A stretch of 62,200 bases of DNA, filler included, from Babesia bigemina (GCF_000981445.1; 8 parts of 8 records of this genome joined end to end with filler, not necessarily neighbours in it), one strand, 5' to 3'. Shown: positions 34,101 to 47,577, numbered from the whole stretch's first letter. Program-made: numbers and translations. The notes: generated from the letters alone by a model not told the origin.

Positions 34101-37100
34101 GTGGAGTCACTGGGTGTGACATCGCCAGACCGCGGCAGGCGCTGCACAGCACATGATGTGACCCGGTGTCGCGGTATAGCTGCCGTATATGACCCATCCA
34201 CCGACACGCATCCGGGCAGTCCGGGAGCGCCGCCGCCGGCACGCCTGGTGAGCCGCCACGGCCAACTGCAGCTGCGGCTGTAAGGCACGCCAGACCCCGC
34301 CAGTGTCGCGTTGGTGCCACATTGGCGTGGTTACGTGCCTGTCTTGGCTCCCTATCCTAGCCCACATCCGCCCGTTGTGCCGGGCTCCGGTGCGTGAGGT
34401 CTGCGGGCGGGGTGCCCGGACTGGGGGCGTGGCAGTCGACGCACCGGAGGGATGGCAGCTAGGGCACGGCAGTGAAGCACTGCTGGCAGATGACAGATTG
34501 GACCAGGTTTGGCGCAGTGCTGCGTGTTGTATCCCTTGTCTGTCTGCCTCGCTCCACGCCCGCCGGCGCCGCGCAGCCGCCGTGTCAGCGGATACGGGGC
34601 GTAGCAGATACCACAACTCAATGCACTGCCGGCACTTAATAGCTATAGGACGTAGTATGGTACGCACTTCTATGTGGCTGTGATGGCCTGGCTCCCACCA
34701 CCCGTCACCTTGCCGCCACCGCCGCCACGCCTACACCGCTGCGGACGGGCTCTGAGGCAGGCGGGTCGTGGGCACTGGCGGTGGCACCAGGCGTCATGAG
34801 ACGACGATACTGTCATCGGAGCTGCCTGGCACCACACTTGCTATAATAACACTTGCTGGCACTCGTCCAGCTGCTACCTGTGGATCCACCGCCGCCGGCA
34901 CGCCTGGTGAGGGTCTGTGGCGCCGGGTGGAGTCGCTGGGCGAGACATCGCCAGACCCTGCCAGTGTCGCGCCGGTGCCACATTGGTGTGGTTACGTGCC
35001 TGTGTTGCCTCCCTATCCTAGCCCACATCCGCCCGTTGTGCCGGGCTCCGGTGCGTGACGCCTGCGGGCGGGGTGCGCGGACTGGGGGCGTGGCAGTCGA
35101 GGCACCGGAGGGAAGGCAGCTAGGGAGCTATAGTGAAGCAGTGCTGGCAGATGACAGATTGGACCAGGTTTGGCGCAGTGCTGCGTGCTGTAGGCCGTGT
35201 CTGTCTGCCTCGCTCCACGCCCGCCGGCGCCGCGCAGCCGCCGTGTCAGCGGATACGGGGCGTAGCAGATACCACAACTCAATGCGCTACCGGCACCTAA
35301 ATAGCTATAGGACGTAGCATCGTACGCACTCTATGTGGCTGTGATGGCCTGGCTCCCAACACCCGTCACCCTGCCGCCACCGCCGCCACGCCTACACCGC
35401 TGCGGACGGGCTCTGAGGCAGGCGGGTCGTGGGCACTGGCGGTGGCACCAGGCGTCATGAGACGACGATACTGTCATCGGAGCTGCCTGGCACCACACTT
35501 GCTATAATAACACTTGCTGGCACTCGTCCAGCTGCTACCTGTGGATCCACCGCCGCCGGCACGCCTGGTGAGGGTCTGTGGCGCCGGGTGGAGTCGCTGG
35601 GCGAGACATCGCCAGACCCTGCCAGTGTCGCGCCGGTGCCACATTGGTGTGGTTACGTGCCTGTGTTGCCTCCCTATCCTAGCCCACATCCGCCCGTTGT
35701 GCCGGGCTCCGGTGCGTGAGGTCTGCGGGCGGGGTGCCCGGACTGGGGGCTTGGCAGTCGAGGCACCAGACGGATGGCAGCTAGGGCACGGCAGTGAAGC
35801 AGTGCTGGCAGATGACAGATTGGACCAGGTTTGGCGCAGTGCTGCGTGCTGTAGGCCGTGTCTGTCTGCCTCGCTCCACGCCCGCCGGCGCCGCGCAGCC
35901 GCCGTGTCAGCGGATACGGGGTCTAGCAGATACCACAACTCAATGCACTGCCGGCACTTAATAGCTATAGGACGTAGTATGGTACGCACTTCTATGTGAC
36001 TGTGATGGCCTGGCTCCCAACACCCGTCACCCTGCCGCCACCGCCGCCACGCCTACACCGCTGCGGACGGGCTCTGAGGCAGGCGGGTCGCGGGCACTGG
36101 CGGTGGCACCAGGCGTCATGAGACGACAATACGTGTGACCGAGGCTGCCTGGCACCACACTTGCTGAAATAACACTTGCTGGCACTCGTCCAGCTGCTAC
36201 CCGGGCATCCACTGCCGCCGGCACGCCTGCGGAACCGCCACGGCCAACTGCAGCTGCGGCTGTACGGCACGCCAGACGCCGCCAGTGTCGCGCTGGTGCC
36301 ACATTGGTGTGGTTACGTGCCTGTGTTGCCTCCCTACCCCAGCCCACATCCGCCCGTTGTGCCGGACTCCGGTGCGTGAGGCCTGCGGGCGGGGTGCCCG
36401 GACTGGGGGCTTGGCAGTCGAGGCACCGGAGGGATGGCAGCTAGGGCACGGCAGTGAAGCAGTGCTGGCGGATGACATATTGGACCAGGTTTGGCGCAGT
36501 GCTGCGTGTTGTAGGCCGTGTCTGTCTGCCTCGCTCCACGACCCCCGGCGCCGCGCAGCCGCCGTGTCAGCGGATACGGGGCGTAGCAGATACCACAACT
36601 CATTGCGCTACCGGCACCTAATAGCTATAAGACGTAGTATCGTACGCACTTTGATGTGGCTGTGATGGCCTGGCTCCCAACACCCGTCACCCTGCCGCCA
36701 CCGCCGCCACGCCTACACCGCTGCGGACGGGCTCTGAGGCAGGCGGGTCGTGGGCACTGGCGGTGGCACCAGGCGTCATGAGACGATACTGTCATCGGAG
36801 CTGCCTGGCACCACACTTGCTGAAATAACACTTGCTGGCACTCGTCCAGCTGCTACCCGGGCATCCACTGCCGCCAACACGCCTGGGGAGGGTCTGTGGC
36901 GCCGGGTGGAGTCACTGGGTGGAGTCGCTGGGTGTGACATCGCCAGACCGCGGCAGGCGCAGCGCAGCACACGATGTGACCTGGTGTCGCGGTATAGCTG
37001 CTCTATATGTACCATCCACCGACACGCATCCGGGCAGTCCGGGAGCGGCGCTGCCGGCACGCCTGCGGAGCCGCCACGGCCAACTGCAGCTGCGGCTGTA

Positions 37101-40100
37101 CGGCACGCCAGACGGCGCCAGTGTCGCGCTGGTGCCACATTGGTGTGGTTACGTGCCTGTGTTGCCTCCCTGCCCCAGCCCACATCCGCCCGTTGTGCCG
37201 GGCTCCGGTGCGTGAGGCCTGCGGGCGGGGTGCCCGGACTGGGGGCGTGGCAGTCGAGGCACCGGAGGGATGGCAGCTAGGGCACGGCAGTGAAGCAGTG
37301 CTGGCAGATGACAGATTGGACCAGGTTTGGCGCAGTGCTGCGTGTTGTAGGCCTTGTCTAACTGCCTCGCTCCACGACCCCCGGCGCCGCGCAGCCGCCG
37401 TGTCAGCGGATACGGAGAGTAGCAGATACCACAACTCATTGCGCTGCCGGCACCAGGCAGGCACTGATGTAGTATGGTACGCACTTCTATGTGGCCGTGA
37501 TGGCCTGGCTCCCAACACCCGTCACCCTGCCGCCACCGTCGTTACGCCTACACCGCTGGGCAAACGGCCTCTGAGGCAGGCGGGTCGCGGGCACTGGCGG
37601 TGGCACCAGGCGTCATGAGACGACGATACCTGTCATCGGAGCTGTTTGGCACCACACTCGTTGAAATAACACTCGCTGGCACTCGACCAGCTGCTACCCG
37701 GGCATCCACCGCCGCCGGCACGCCTGGGGAGGGTCTGTGGCGCCGGGTGGAGTCGCTGGGCGAGACATCGCCAGACCCCGCCAGTGTCGCGCTGGTGCCA
37801 CATTGGTGTGGTTACGTGCCTGTGTTGCCTCCCTACCCCAGCCCACATCCGCCCGTTGTGCCGGACTCCGGTGCGTGAGGCCTGCGGGCGGGGTGCCCGA
37901 CTGGGGGCGTGGCAGTCGAGGCACCGGAGGGATGGCAGCTAGGGCACGGCAGTGAAGCAGTGCTGGCAGATGACAGATTGGACCAGGTTTGGCGCAGTGC
38001 TGTGTGTTGTAAGCCTCGTCTGGCTGCCTCGCTCCACGCCCCCGGCGCCGCGCAGCCGCCGTGTCAGCAGCTACGGGGCGTAGCAGATACCACAACTCAA
38101 TGCACTGCCGGCACTTAATAGCTATAGGACGTAGTATGGTACGCACTTCTATGTGGCTGTGATGGCCTGGCTCCCAACACCCGTCACCTTGCCGCCACCG
38201 CCGCCACGCCTACACCGCTGCGGACGGGCTCTGAGGCAGGCGGGTCGCGGGCACTGGCGGTGGCACCAGGCGTCATGAGACGACGATAGCTGTGACCGAG
38301 GCTGCCTGGCACCACACTTGCTATAATAACACTTGCTGGCACTCGACCAGCTGCTACCCCGGCATCCACCGCCGCCGGCACGCCTGGTGTAAGTCTGTGG
38401 CGCCGGGTGGAGTCACTGGGTGTGACATCGCCAGACCCCGCCAGTGTCGCGCTGGTGCCACATTGGCGTGGTTACGTGCCTGTCTTGCCTCCCTACCCCA
38501 GCCCACATCCGCCCGTTGTGCCGGGCTCCGGTGCGTGAGGTCTGCGGGCGGGGTGCCCGGACTGGGGGCGTGGCAGTCGAGGCACCGGAGGGATGGCAGC
38601 TAGGGCGCTCTAGTGATGCAGTGCTGGCAGATGACAGCTTCGACCAGGTTTGGCGCAGTGCTGCGTGTTGTAGGCCGTGTCTGTGTGCCTCGCTCCACGC
38701 CCCCGGCGCCGCGCAGCCGCCGTGTCAGCGGATACGGGGCGTAGCAGATACCACAACTCAATGCACTGCCGGCACTTAATAGCTATAGGACGTAGTATGG
38801 TACGCACTTCTATGTGGCTGTGATGGCCTGGCTCCCAACACCCGTTACCCTAACGGCACCGCCGCCACGCCTACACCGCTGGGCAAACGGGCTCTGAGGC
38901 AGGCGGGTCACGGGCACTGGCGGTGGCACCAGGCGTCATGAGACGACGATACTGTCATCGGAGCTGCCTGGCACCACACTTGCTGATATAACACTTGCTG
39001 GCACTCGACCAGCTGCTACCTGTGGATCCACCGCCGCCGGCACGCCTGGTGAGGGTCTGTGGCGCCGGGTGGAGTCGCTGGGCGAGACATCGCCAGACCA
39101 CGGCAGGCGCTGCGCAGCACACGATGTGACCCTGTGTCACCGTATAGCTGCCGTATATGTCCCATCCACCGACAGGCATCCGGGCAGTCCGGGAGCGCCG
39201 CCGCCGGCACGCCTGGTGAGGGTCTGTGGCGCCGGGTGGAGTCACTGGGCGAGACATCGCCAGACCGCGGCAGGCGCTGCGCAGCACACGATGTGACCTG
39301 GTGTCGCGGTATGGCTGCTCTATATGTCCCATCCACCGACACGCATCCGGGCAGTCCGGGAGCGCCGCCGCCGGCACGCCTGGTGAGGGTCTGTGGCGCC
39401 GGGTGGAGTCACTGGGCGAGACATCGCCAGACCGCGGCAGGCGCTGCGCAGCACACGATGTGACCTGGTGTCGCGGTATAGCTGCTCGGTATGTCCCATC
39501 CACCGACACGCATCCGGGCAGTCCGGGAGCGCCGCCGCCGGCACGCCTGCGGAGCCGCCACGGCCAACTGCGGCTGCGGCTGTACGGCACGCCAGACCCC
39601 GCCAGTGTCGCGTCGGTGCCACATTGGTGTGGTTACGTGCCTGTCTTGCCTCCCTATCCTAGCCCACATCCGCCCGTTGTGCCGGGCTCCGGTGCGTGAC
39701 GCCTGCGGGCGGGGTGCCCGGACTGGGGGCGTGGCAGTCGAGGCACCGGAGGGATGGCAGCTAGGGCACGGCAGTGAAGCAGTGCTGGCGGATGACCGAT
39801 TGGACCAGGTTTGGTGCAGTGCTGCGTGCTGTAGGCCGTGTCTGCCTGCCTCGCTCCACGACCCCCGGCGCCGCGCAGCCGCCGTGTCAGCGGATACGGG
39901 GTCTAGCAGATACCACAACTCAATGCGTTACCGGCACTTGATAGCTATAAGACGTAGTATGGTACGCACTTCGACGTGGCTGTGATGGCCTGGCTCCCAA
40001 CACCCGTCACCCTGCCGCCACCGCCGGCACGCCTACACCGCTGCGGACGGGCTCTGAGGCAGGCGGGTCACGGGCACTGGCGGTGGCACCAGGCGTCATA

Positions 40101-42377
40101 AGACGACGATACTGTGATCGGAGCTGCCTGGCACCACACTTGCTGAAATAACACTTGCTGGCACTCGACCAACTGCTACCTGTAGATCCACCGCCGCCGG
40201 CACGCCTGGGGAGGGTCTGTGGCGCCGGGTGGAGTCGCTGGGCGAGACATCGCCAGACCGCGGCAGGCGCTGCGCAGCACACGATGTGACCTGGTGTCGC
40301 GGTATAGCTGCTCTATATGTCCCATCCACCGACACGCATCCGGGCACTCCGGGAGCGCCGCCGCCGGCACGCCTGCGGAGCCGCCACGGCCAACTGCGGC
40401 TGCGGCTGTACGGCACGCCAGACCCCGCCAGTGTCGCGTCGGTGCCACATTGGTGTGGTTACGTGCCTGTGTTGCCTCCCTATCATAGCCCACATCCGCC
40501 CGTTGTGCCGGGCTCCGGTGCGTGAGGCCTGCGGGCGGGGTGCTCGGACTGGGGGCTTGGCAGTCGAGGCACCGGAGGGATGGCAGCTAGGGCACGGCAG
40601 TGAAGCAGTGCTGGCAGATGACAGATTGGACCAGGTTTGGCGCAGTGCTGCGTGTTGTAGGCCGTGTCTGTCTGCCTCGCTCCACGCCCGCCGGCGCCGC
40701 GCAGCCGCCGTGTCAGCAGCTACGGGGATTGGCAGATACCACAACTCAATGCACTGCCGGCACCTAATAGCTATAAGACGTAGTATGGTACGCACTCTAT
40801 GTGGCTGTGATGGCCTGGCTCACACCACCCGTCACCCCGCCGCCACGCCTACACCGCTGGGCGGACGGCCTCTGAGGCAGGCGGGTCACGGGCACTGGCG
40901 GTGGCACCAGGCGTCATCAGACGACGATAGCTGTCATCAAAGCTGCCTGGCACCACACTTGCTACGATAACACTTGCTGGCACTCGACCAGCTGCCACCG
41001 GTGGATCCACCGCCGCCGGCACGCCTGGTGAGGGTCTGTGGCGCCGGGTGGAGTCACTGGGCGAGACATCGCCAGACCACGGCAGGCTGTGCGCAGCACA
41101 CGATGTGACCTGGTGTCGCGGTATAGCTGCTCTATATGTCCCATCCACCGAAACGCATCCGGGCAGTCCGGGAGCGCCGCCGCCGGCACGCCTGCGGAGC
41201 CGCCACGGCCAACTGCAGCTGCGGCTGTACGGCACGCCAGACCCCGCCAGTGTCGCGCTCGTGCCACATTGGTGTGGTTACGTGCCTGTGTTGCCTCCCT
41301 ACTCTGGCCCACATCCGCCCGTTGTGCCGGGCTCCGGTGCGTGACGCCTGCGGGCGGGGTGCCCGGACTGGGGGCTTGGCAGTCGAGGCAGCAGACGGAT
41401 GGCAGCTAGGGCGCTATAGTGAAGCAGTGCTGGCAGATGACAGATTGGACCAGGTTTGGCGCAGTGCTGCGTGTTGTAGGCCGTGTCTGCCTGCCTCGCT
41501 CCACGCCCGCCGGCGCCGCGCAGCCGCCGTGTCAGCAGCTACGGGGATTGGCAGATACCACAACTCAATGCACTGCCGGCACCTAATAGCTATAAGACGT
41601 AGTATGGTACGCACTCTATGTGGCTGTGATGGCCTGGCTCACACCACCCGTCACCCCGCCGCCACGCCTACACCGCTGGGCGGACGGCCTCTGAGGCAGG
41701 CGGGTCACGGGCACTGGCGGTGGCACCAGGCGTCATCAGACGACGATAGCTGTCATCAAAGCTGCCTGGCACCACACTTGCTACGATAACACTTGCTGGC
41801 ACTCGACCAGCTGCCACCGGTGGATCCACCGCCGCCGGCACGCCTGGTGAGGGTCTGTGGCGCCGGGTGGAGTCACTGGGCGAGACATCGCCAGACCACG
41901 GCAGGCTGTGCGCAGCACACGATGTGACCTGGTGTCGCGGTATAGCTGCTCTATATGTCCCATCCACCGAAACGCATCCGGGCAGTCCGGGAGCGCCGCC
42001 GCCGGCACGCCTGCGGAGCCGCCACGGCCAACTGCAGCTGCGGCTGTACGGCACGCCAGACCCCGCCAGTGTCGCGCTCGTGCCACATTGGTGTGGTTAC
42101 GTGCCTGTGTTGCCTCCCTACCCTGGCCCACATCCGCCCGTTGTGCCGGGCTCCGGTGCGTGACGCCTGCGGGCGGGGTGCCCGGACTGGGGGCTTGGCA
42201 GTCGAGGCACCGGAGGGATGGCAGCTAGGGCGCTGTAGTGAAGCAGTGTTAGTGGATGACAGCTTCGACGTGGTGTGGCGCAGTGCTTCCTGTGGTAGGC
42301 CTTGTCTGTCTGCCTCGCTCCACGACCCCGGCGCGCGCAGCCGCCCGTGTCAGCGATACGGGGTCTAGCAGATACCA
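31180..42377. repeat. GC-rich macrosatellite, ~15 monomers of ~660 bp with optional 167-bp internal modules
   Basis: Marker GGGCACTGGCGGTGGCACCAGGCGTCAT recurs at ~31961, 32621, 33281, 33942, 34768, 35429, 36090, 36750, 37587, 38247, 38910, 40070, 40888 and 41707. Confidence 0.95.
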
Positions 42378-42477
42378 NNNNNNNNNNNNNNNNNNNNNNN
42401 NNNNNNNNNNNNNNNNNNNNNTTAATTAATTAANNNNNNNNNNNNNNNNNNNNNNNNNNNNNNNNNNNNNNNNNNNN

Positions 42478-44149
42478 CGTGAACTACGGTACCACTCAGT
42501 TTTCCCGTACCCTTGTTTTCCTTTATCCATTCTCTCAGTCGCTGTTTCACCACTCCATCTGTCTTAAGTATATCCCTAAGCCATCCATCCAAAACCTTGG
42601 TATGGAAATTATCCTTGGTAAATTTATCTGCATAAGACATCACATTTTCAGGGATGTCGCGCAGTCCTTCATATCTACGTTTGCCATATATATCCGCCAC
42701 TTTACCTTGCATTGTTTCGATTATCTCACATAGGCTCTTCTGGGTTGCTGTTCCATCCGCTCTTCCGCTCTCGATAACTTTGTATAACGTGCCAATCTTG
42801 CGCTGAACTTTTCTGACCTCAGTTGTGATTACCTCCCTCACATTGGTAATATATTTGTTCAGCACATCTTGCCATTCTTTCATATTCAAAGTCATATTTG
42901 TTACATTCACTACATACTTTGCAGCAACATCCTTATTTGTCACTTTGTCAATTTGATGCTTCTTTGCGTGATCAATTAGCTTTGTAACGCTGCCAATCCA
43001 GTTCTCCAGCCCCGTAACTTGCTTTTCCATCTCGTCACCAATTTGTAACAAAGCGCCCCTAATTGCATTAACGTCGTTTTTTAGCCTGGAACTTAAATTG
43101 CTGCCACCAACCTGATGGCTTTTATTAACGTCATTTAATGACACTTCTATGGCCCTGAATTTTTCATCAATTACATTCATGTAAGTTTTGTCGTAGTTGT
43201 CCATGAATTCTCTTGCCTTCTTAATCATCTCATTAATGATATCAAAGCGCTCTTTCTTTTTTTGTCTCAACGTGCCAACGTCATTAAAAACGTTGGTAAA
43301 CTGATCTCCTAAGGTTTTTTGTGTTCTTTTACTTTGCTCTTCTACTTTCTCTCTCATACGGTTTTCTTCCTCCTCCATCGCCTTGTCCACATACGCCATA
43401 TGGGTCTGAAACCTCCCGTCCTTAGTCGACTCCGCCATCGTAGTAACTGCCCCTGCTACAAGATTTATCTCACTACGCAGCTTATCGCTAAGATCAGGAT
43501 CTAAGTTGTTAATTAGGGTCATGATATTATTAATGTCTATTGATAAACCATCCACTGTCGTAGTCCAGTTAGACAACTGGTCGACAAGTGGCTTAGATTT
43601 CTTAGAGTCTACAGTGTTTTTATTTGTTTCAATTTTTTTAGTGAGTTCGCTAAGTGAATTATTAATTTTATTAGTTCTTTCATTAAGTTCAATGTGATAA
43701 TCACTTAACACGCCACGCACGTAATCTACGGCGTTAACAAATTCGCTAGGACCGTTATGCATTTTTTTCTTAATTATATCAAGTACAGTAATCATTTTAT
43801 CGGTATTATAGTACGTTTTAACCGCTTCATCATCTTTCACCGCACCAAGCACACCATACAAAAATCCCATCACCCCGTCACACAGCCTGTCAAGGTCAGA
43901 GTACACTATCCCAGTGCCATCGTAGCCTTTGGAGTCAGAGTTGAAGCCGAGGAAAGTTTCGAGGCCAGTACAGAGGTTAGTAAGGATGTTAGTAGGGTTG
44001 TTATTTGAGGTAATTTTAAGGTTCAAAATTTTGTCAAATTTCTTGTCAAGCTCACTAGGCGGCACATGGTCAGGGCAGTGGCAAGAGGTGGAAGGAGGGA
44101 GGTGAAGGGGGACAAGTGACAAGTTATTATTGTGGTCTAAAGAGGTCAT
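42478..44149 (-). CDS. ves: ves/VESA-like gene, N-terminal part; truncated by the contig end
   Basis: In-frame ATG at 44149 (MTSLDHNNNLSLVPLHLPPSTSCHCPDHVPP...GIVYSDLDRLCDGVMGFL). The upstream extension to 44344 is only repeat read-through. Confidence 0.75.
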
Positions 44150-44175
44150 ATCGGTATTATGGCAAGGTAATTCGA

Positions 44176-46187
44176 GGGATGTAGAGTGGATAAGGGAGCG
44201 ATTAGAGGAGGTGAAGGAGCGATGTAGAGTGGATAAGGAGCGATGTAGAGTGGATAAAGGGGCGATGTAAGGTGGGTTAGGGAGCGATGTAGAGTGGATA
44301 AGGGGCGATGTAGAGTGGGTAAAGGGGCGATGTGGAGTGGACAAAGGGGCGATGAAGGGTGGATAAAGGGGCGATGTAGAGTGGATAAAGGGGCGATGTA
44401 GAGTGGGTTAGGGAGCGATGTAGAGTGGGTTAAGGAGCGATGTAGAGTGGATAAAGGGGCGATGTAGAGTGGATAAAGGGGCGATGTAGAGTGGGTAAAG
44501 GGGCGATGTAGAGTGGATAAAGGGGCGATGTAGAGTGGATAAAGGAGCGATGTAGAGTGGGTAAGGGAGCGATGTAGAGTGGGTTAAAGGGGCGATGTGG
44601 AGTGGGTTAGGGAGCGATGTAGAGTGGGTTAGGAGCGATGTAGAGTGGGTTAAGGGGCGATGTAGAGTGGGTTAAGGGGCGATGTAGAGTGGGTTAAGGG
44701 GCGATGTGGAGTGGGTTAAGGGGCGATGTAGAGTGGATTAAGGGGCGATGTAGAGTGGATAAAGGGGCGATGTAGAGTGGGTTAAGGAGCGATGTAGAGT
44801 GGGTTAAGGGGCGATGTAGAGTGGGTTAAGGGGCGATGTAGAGTGGGTTAAGGGGCGATGTAGAGTGGATTAGGCAGCGATGTAGAGTGGATAAAGGGGC
44901 GATGTAGAGTGGGTTAGGGAGCGATGTAGAGTGGATCAAGGGGCGATGTAGGGTGGGTTAGGGAGCGATGTAGAGTGGGTTACGGAGCGATGTAGAGTGG
45001 ATAAAGGGGCGATGTGGAGTGGGTTAAGGAGCGATATAGAGTAAGTTAGGGAGCGATGTGGAGTGGGTTAAGGAGCGATATAGAGTGGATAAAGGGGCGA
45101 TGTAGAGTGGGTTAGGGAGCGATGAAGAGTGGGTTAGGGAGCGATGTAGAGTGGATAAGGGGCGATGTAGAGTGGGTTAGGGAGCGATGTAGGGTGGGTT
45201 AAGGGGCGATGAAGGGTGGATAAAGGAGCGATGTAGAGTGGATAAAGGAGCGATGTAGAGTGGATAAAGGGGCGATGTAGAGTGGATAAAGGGGCGATGT
45301 AGAGTGGGTTAGGGAGCGATGTAGAGTGGATAAAGGGGCGATGTGCAGTGGATAGAGGAGCGATGTAGAGTGGATAAGGGGCGATGTAGAGTGGGTTAAG
45401 GGGCGATGTGGAGTGGATAAAGGGGCGATGTGGAGTGGGTTAGGGAGCGATGTGGAGTGGGTAAAGGAGCGATGTAGAGTGGATTAAGGAGCGATGTGTA
45501 GTGGGTAAAGGAGCGATGTGTAGTGGGTAAAGGAGCGATGTAGAGTGGGTTAGGGGGCGATGTAGAGTGGATGAAGGAGCGATGTAGAGTGGGTTAGGGA
45601 GCGATGTAGAGTGGGTTAGGGAGCGATGTAGAGTGGGTTAAGGGGCGATGTAGAGTGGGTAAAGGGGCGATGTAGAGTGGATAAAGGGGCGATGTGGAGT
45701 GGGTAAGGGAGCGATGTCGAGTGGGTTAAGGGGCGATGTAGAGTGGGTTAAGGGGCGATGTGGAGTGGGTTAGGGAGCGATGTGGAGTGGGTTAAGGGGC
45801 GATGTGGAGTGGGTAGAGGGGCGATGCAGAGTGGGTAAAGGGGCGATGTAGAGTGCGTAAAGGGGCGATGTGGAGTGGGTAAAGGGGCGATGTAGAGTGG
45901 ACAAAGGGGCGATGTAAAGTGGGTAAAGGGGCGATGTAGAGTGGATAAAGGGGCGATGTAGAGTGGATTAAGGAGCGATGTAGAGTGGATAAGGGGCGAT
46001 GTAGAGTAGGTTAGGGAGCGATGTAAGGTGGATAAGGGAGCGATTAGAGGAGGTTAAGGGGCGATGAAGGGTGGGTAAAGGGGCGATGTGGAGTGGATAA
46101 GGGGCGATGTAGAGTGGGTAAAGGAGCGATGTAGAGTGGGTAAAGGAGCGATGTGGAGTGGGTAAAGGGGCGATGTGGAGTGGATAA
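44176..46187 (-). repeat. Long (~2 kb) 21-bp G-rich minisatellite (GCGATGTAGAGTGGRTWARGGR)n
   Basis: Roughly 95 tandem units. Confidence 0.97.
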
Positions 46188-46199
46188 TAATCACTACTT

Positions 46200-46662
46200 T
46201 GGTCACCATGTCATCGCTGCCGTGACCATCAACTTGGTCAGCACATTGGTCATGGCATTGGTCATGGCATTGGTCACCACTTTGGTCAGCACCTTGGTCA
46301 ACACTTAGGTCGTGGCATTGGTCATGGCATTGGTCAGCACTTTGGTCAGCACATTGGTCATGGCATTGGTCAGGTGGTAGGTCAACACTTTGGTCAGCAT
46401 CTTGGTCAACACATTGGTCAGCACATTGGTCAGCACATTGGTCAGCACGTTGGTCAGCACGTTGGTCAGCACGTTGGTCAGCACATTGGTCAATACGTTG
46501 GTCAGCACATTGGTCAGCACATTGGTCAGCACGTTGGTAAGCACGTTGGTCAGCACGTTGGTCAGCACATTGGTCAATACGTTGGTCAGCACATTGGTCA
46601 GCATCTTGGTCAACACTTTGGTCATCACCTTGGTCATGGCATTGGTCAGTTGATTGGTCACC
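46200..46662 (-). repeat. Vestigial 20-bp unit(s) followed by a 12-bp minisatellite
   Basis: TTGGTCAGCACR tandem copies. Confidence 0.9.
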
Positions 46663-46783
46663 TCACGGCTTGGGCAATTGATCATTAACGCAACCATTAC
46701 TGTCTAGAACATTAGATGCCAGTCGCCAGTTAGGTGATCGGTGGGATTTGGATTACGATGTTTGCGCTAACAGATTGCTAAAT

Positions 46784-46918
46784 TTAGCTGTAAAACGCAA
46801 TGCAGAAGGGTATCTTGCGTACGAGGAAATCGCGGATGTTGCGGCCCACCGGGAAGCGGAAGATGCACAGGTCGAGCAGGATGATGGCGACGATGAGGGC
46901 AACGATGACGGCGGCGAT
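46784..46918 (-). pseudogene. Type X TM-tail cassette, out of frame with the spacer ATGs
   Basis: IAAVIVALIVAIILLDLCIFRFPVGRNIRDFLVRKIPFCIAFYS is intact; the C-rich tract upstream puts it out of frame. Confidence 0.55.
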
Positions 46919-47036
46919 GGCGGAGTAGGGAGGGGTTGGGAGAAGTAGTCACCTCACTGCTCATGTGCTTGGTCATCAACGCAACCATTATTTTGTCTAG
47001 AACATTAGATGTCAGTTGGCAGTTAGGTTATTGTGA

Positions 47037-47153
47037 TCAGCTGCGCAGTAGATACCGCACCCTGTGGAACGGCCGGATGCGGAAGTAGACCATGACGCAG
47101 ATGACGACGATGATGAGGGCGACGGGGACGATGATGTAAGGGGCGGGGATCAT
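47037..47153 (-). CDS. Type Y TM cassette / microprotein (MIPAPYIIVPVALIIVVICVMVYFRIRPFHRVRYLLRS)
   Basis: Near-identical to 5193-5300. Confidence 0.4.
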   Translation of the reverse strand: MIPAPYIIVPVALIIVVICVMVYFRIRPFHRVRYLLRS

Positions 47154-47283
47154 GGTCACATCACTGCTTATGCGATTAATTATCAACGCGATCAATACAT
47201 TGTCTACAACATTAGATGTCATTTGCCAGCTAGGTGATCAGTGGGATTTGGATGACGATTTCAGCGCCAATAAATTGCTAAGC

Positions 47284-47418
47284 TCAGCTGTAGAACGCGA
47301 TGCAGAAGGGTATCTTGCGGACGAGGAAATCGCGGATGTTGCGGCCCACCGGGAAGCGGAAGATGCACAGGTCGAGCAGGATGATGGCGACGATGATGGC
47401 AACGATGACGGCGGCGAT
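47284..47418 (-). pseudogene. Type X TM-tail cassette, frame offset at a C10 homopolymer
   Basis: Tail is intact; the G10 run at 47434-47443 (+ strand) shifts the frame relative to the upstream MIALM. Confidence 0.55.
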
Positions 47419-47577
47419 GGTTTCGGGGCTTGAGGGGGGGGGGAAGTAGTTATATCATCGCTCATGTGATTAATCATCAACGCAATCATTACTCTGTCTA
47501 TAACATTAGATGTCAGTTGGCAGTCAGGTGATCAGTGGGATTTGGATTACGATGTTAGCGCCAACAAATTGCTGATC

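Noticed and set aside
31241..42368. The many overlapping Arg/Ala/Pro/Cys-rich ORFs in the macrosatellite
   Set aside because: High GC gives few stops, and indels between monomers change frames freely.
44176..46187. True telomere array
   Set aside because: TTAGGG occurs only as part of a 21-bp unit, and the array is internal, between genes.
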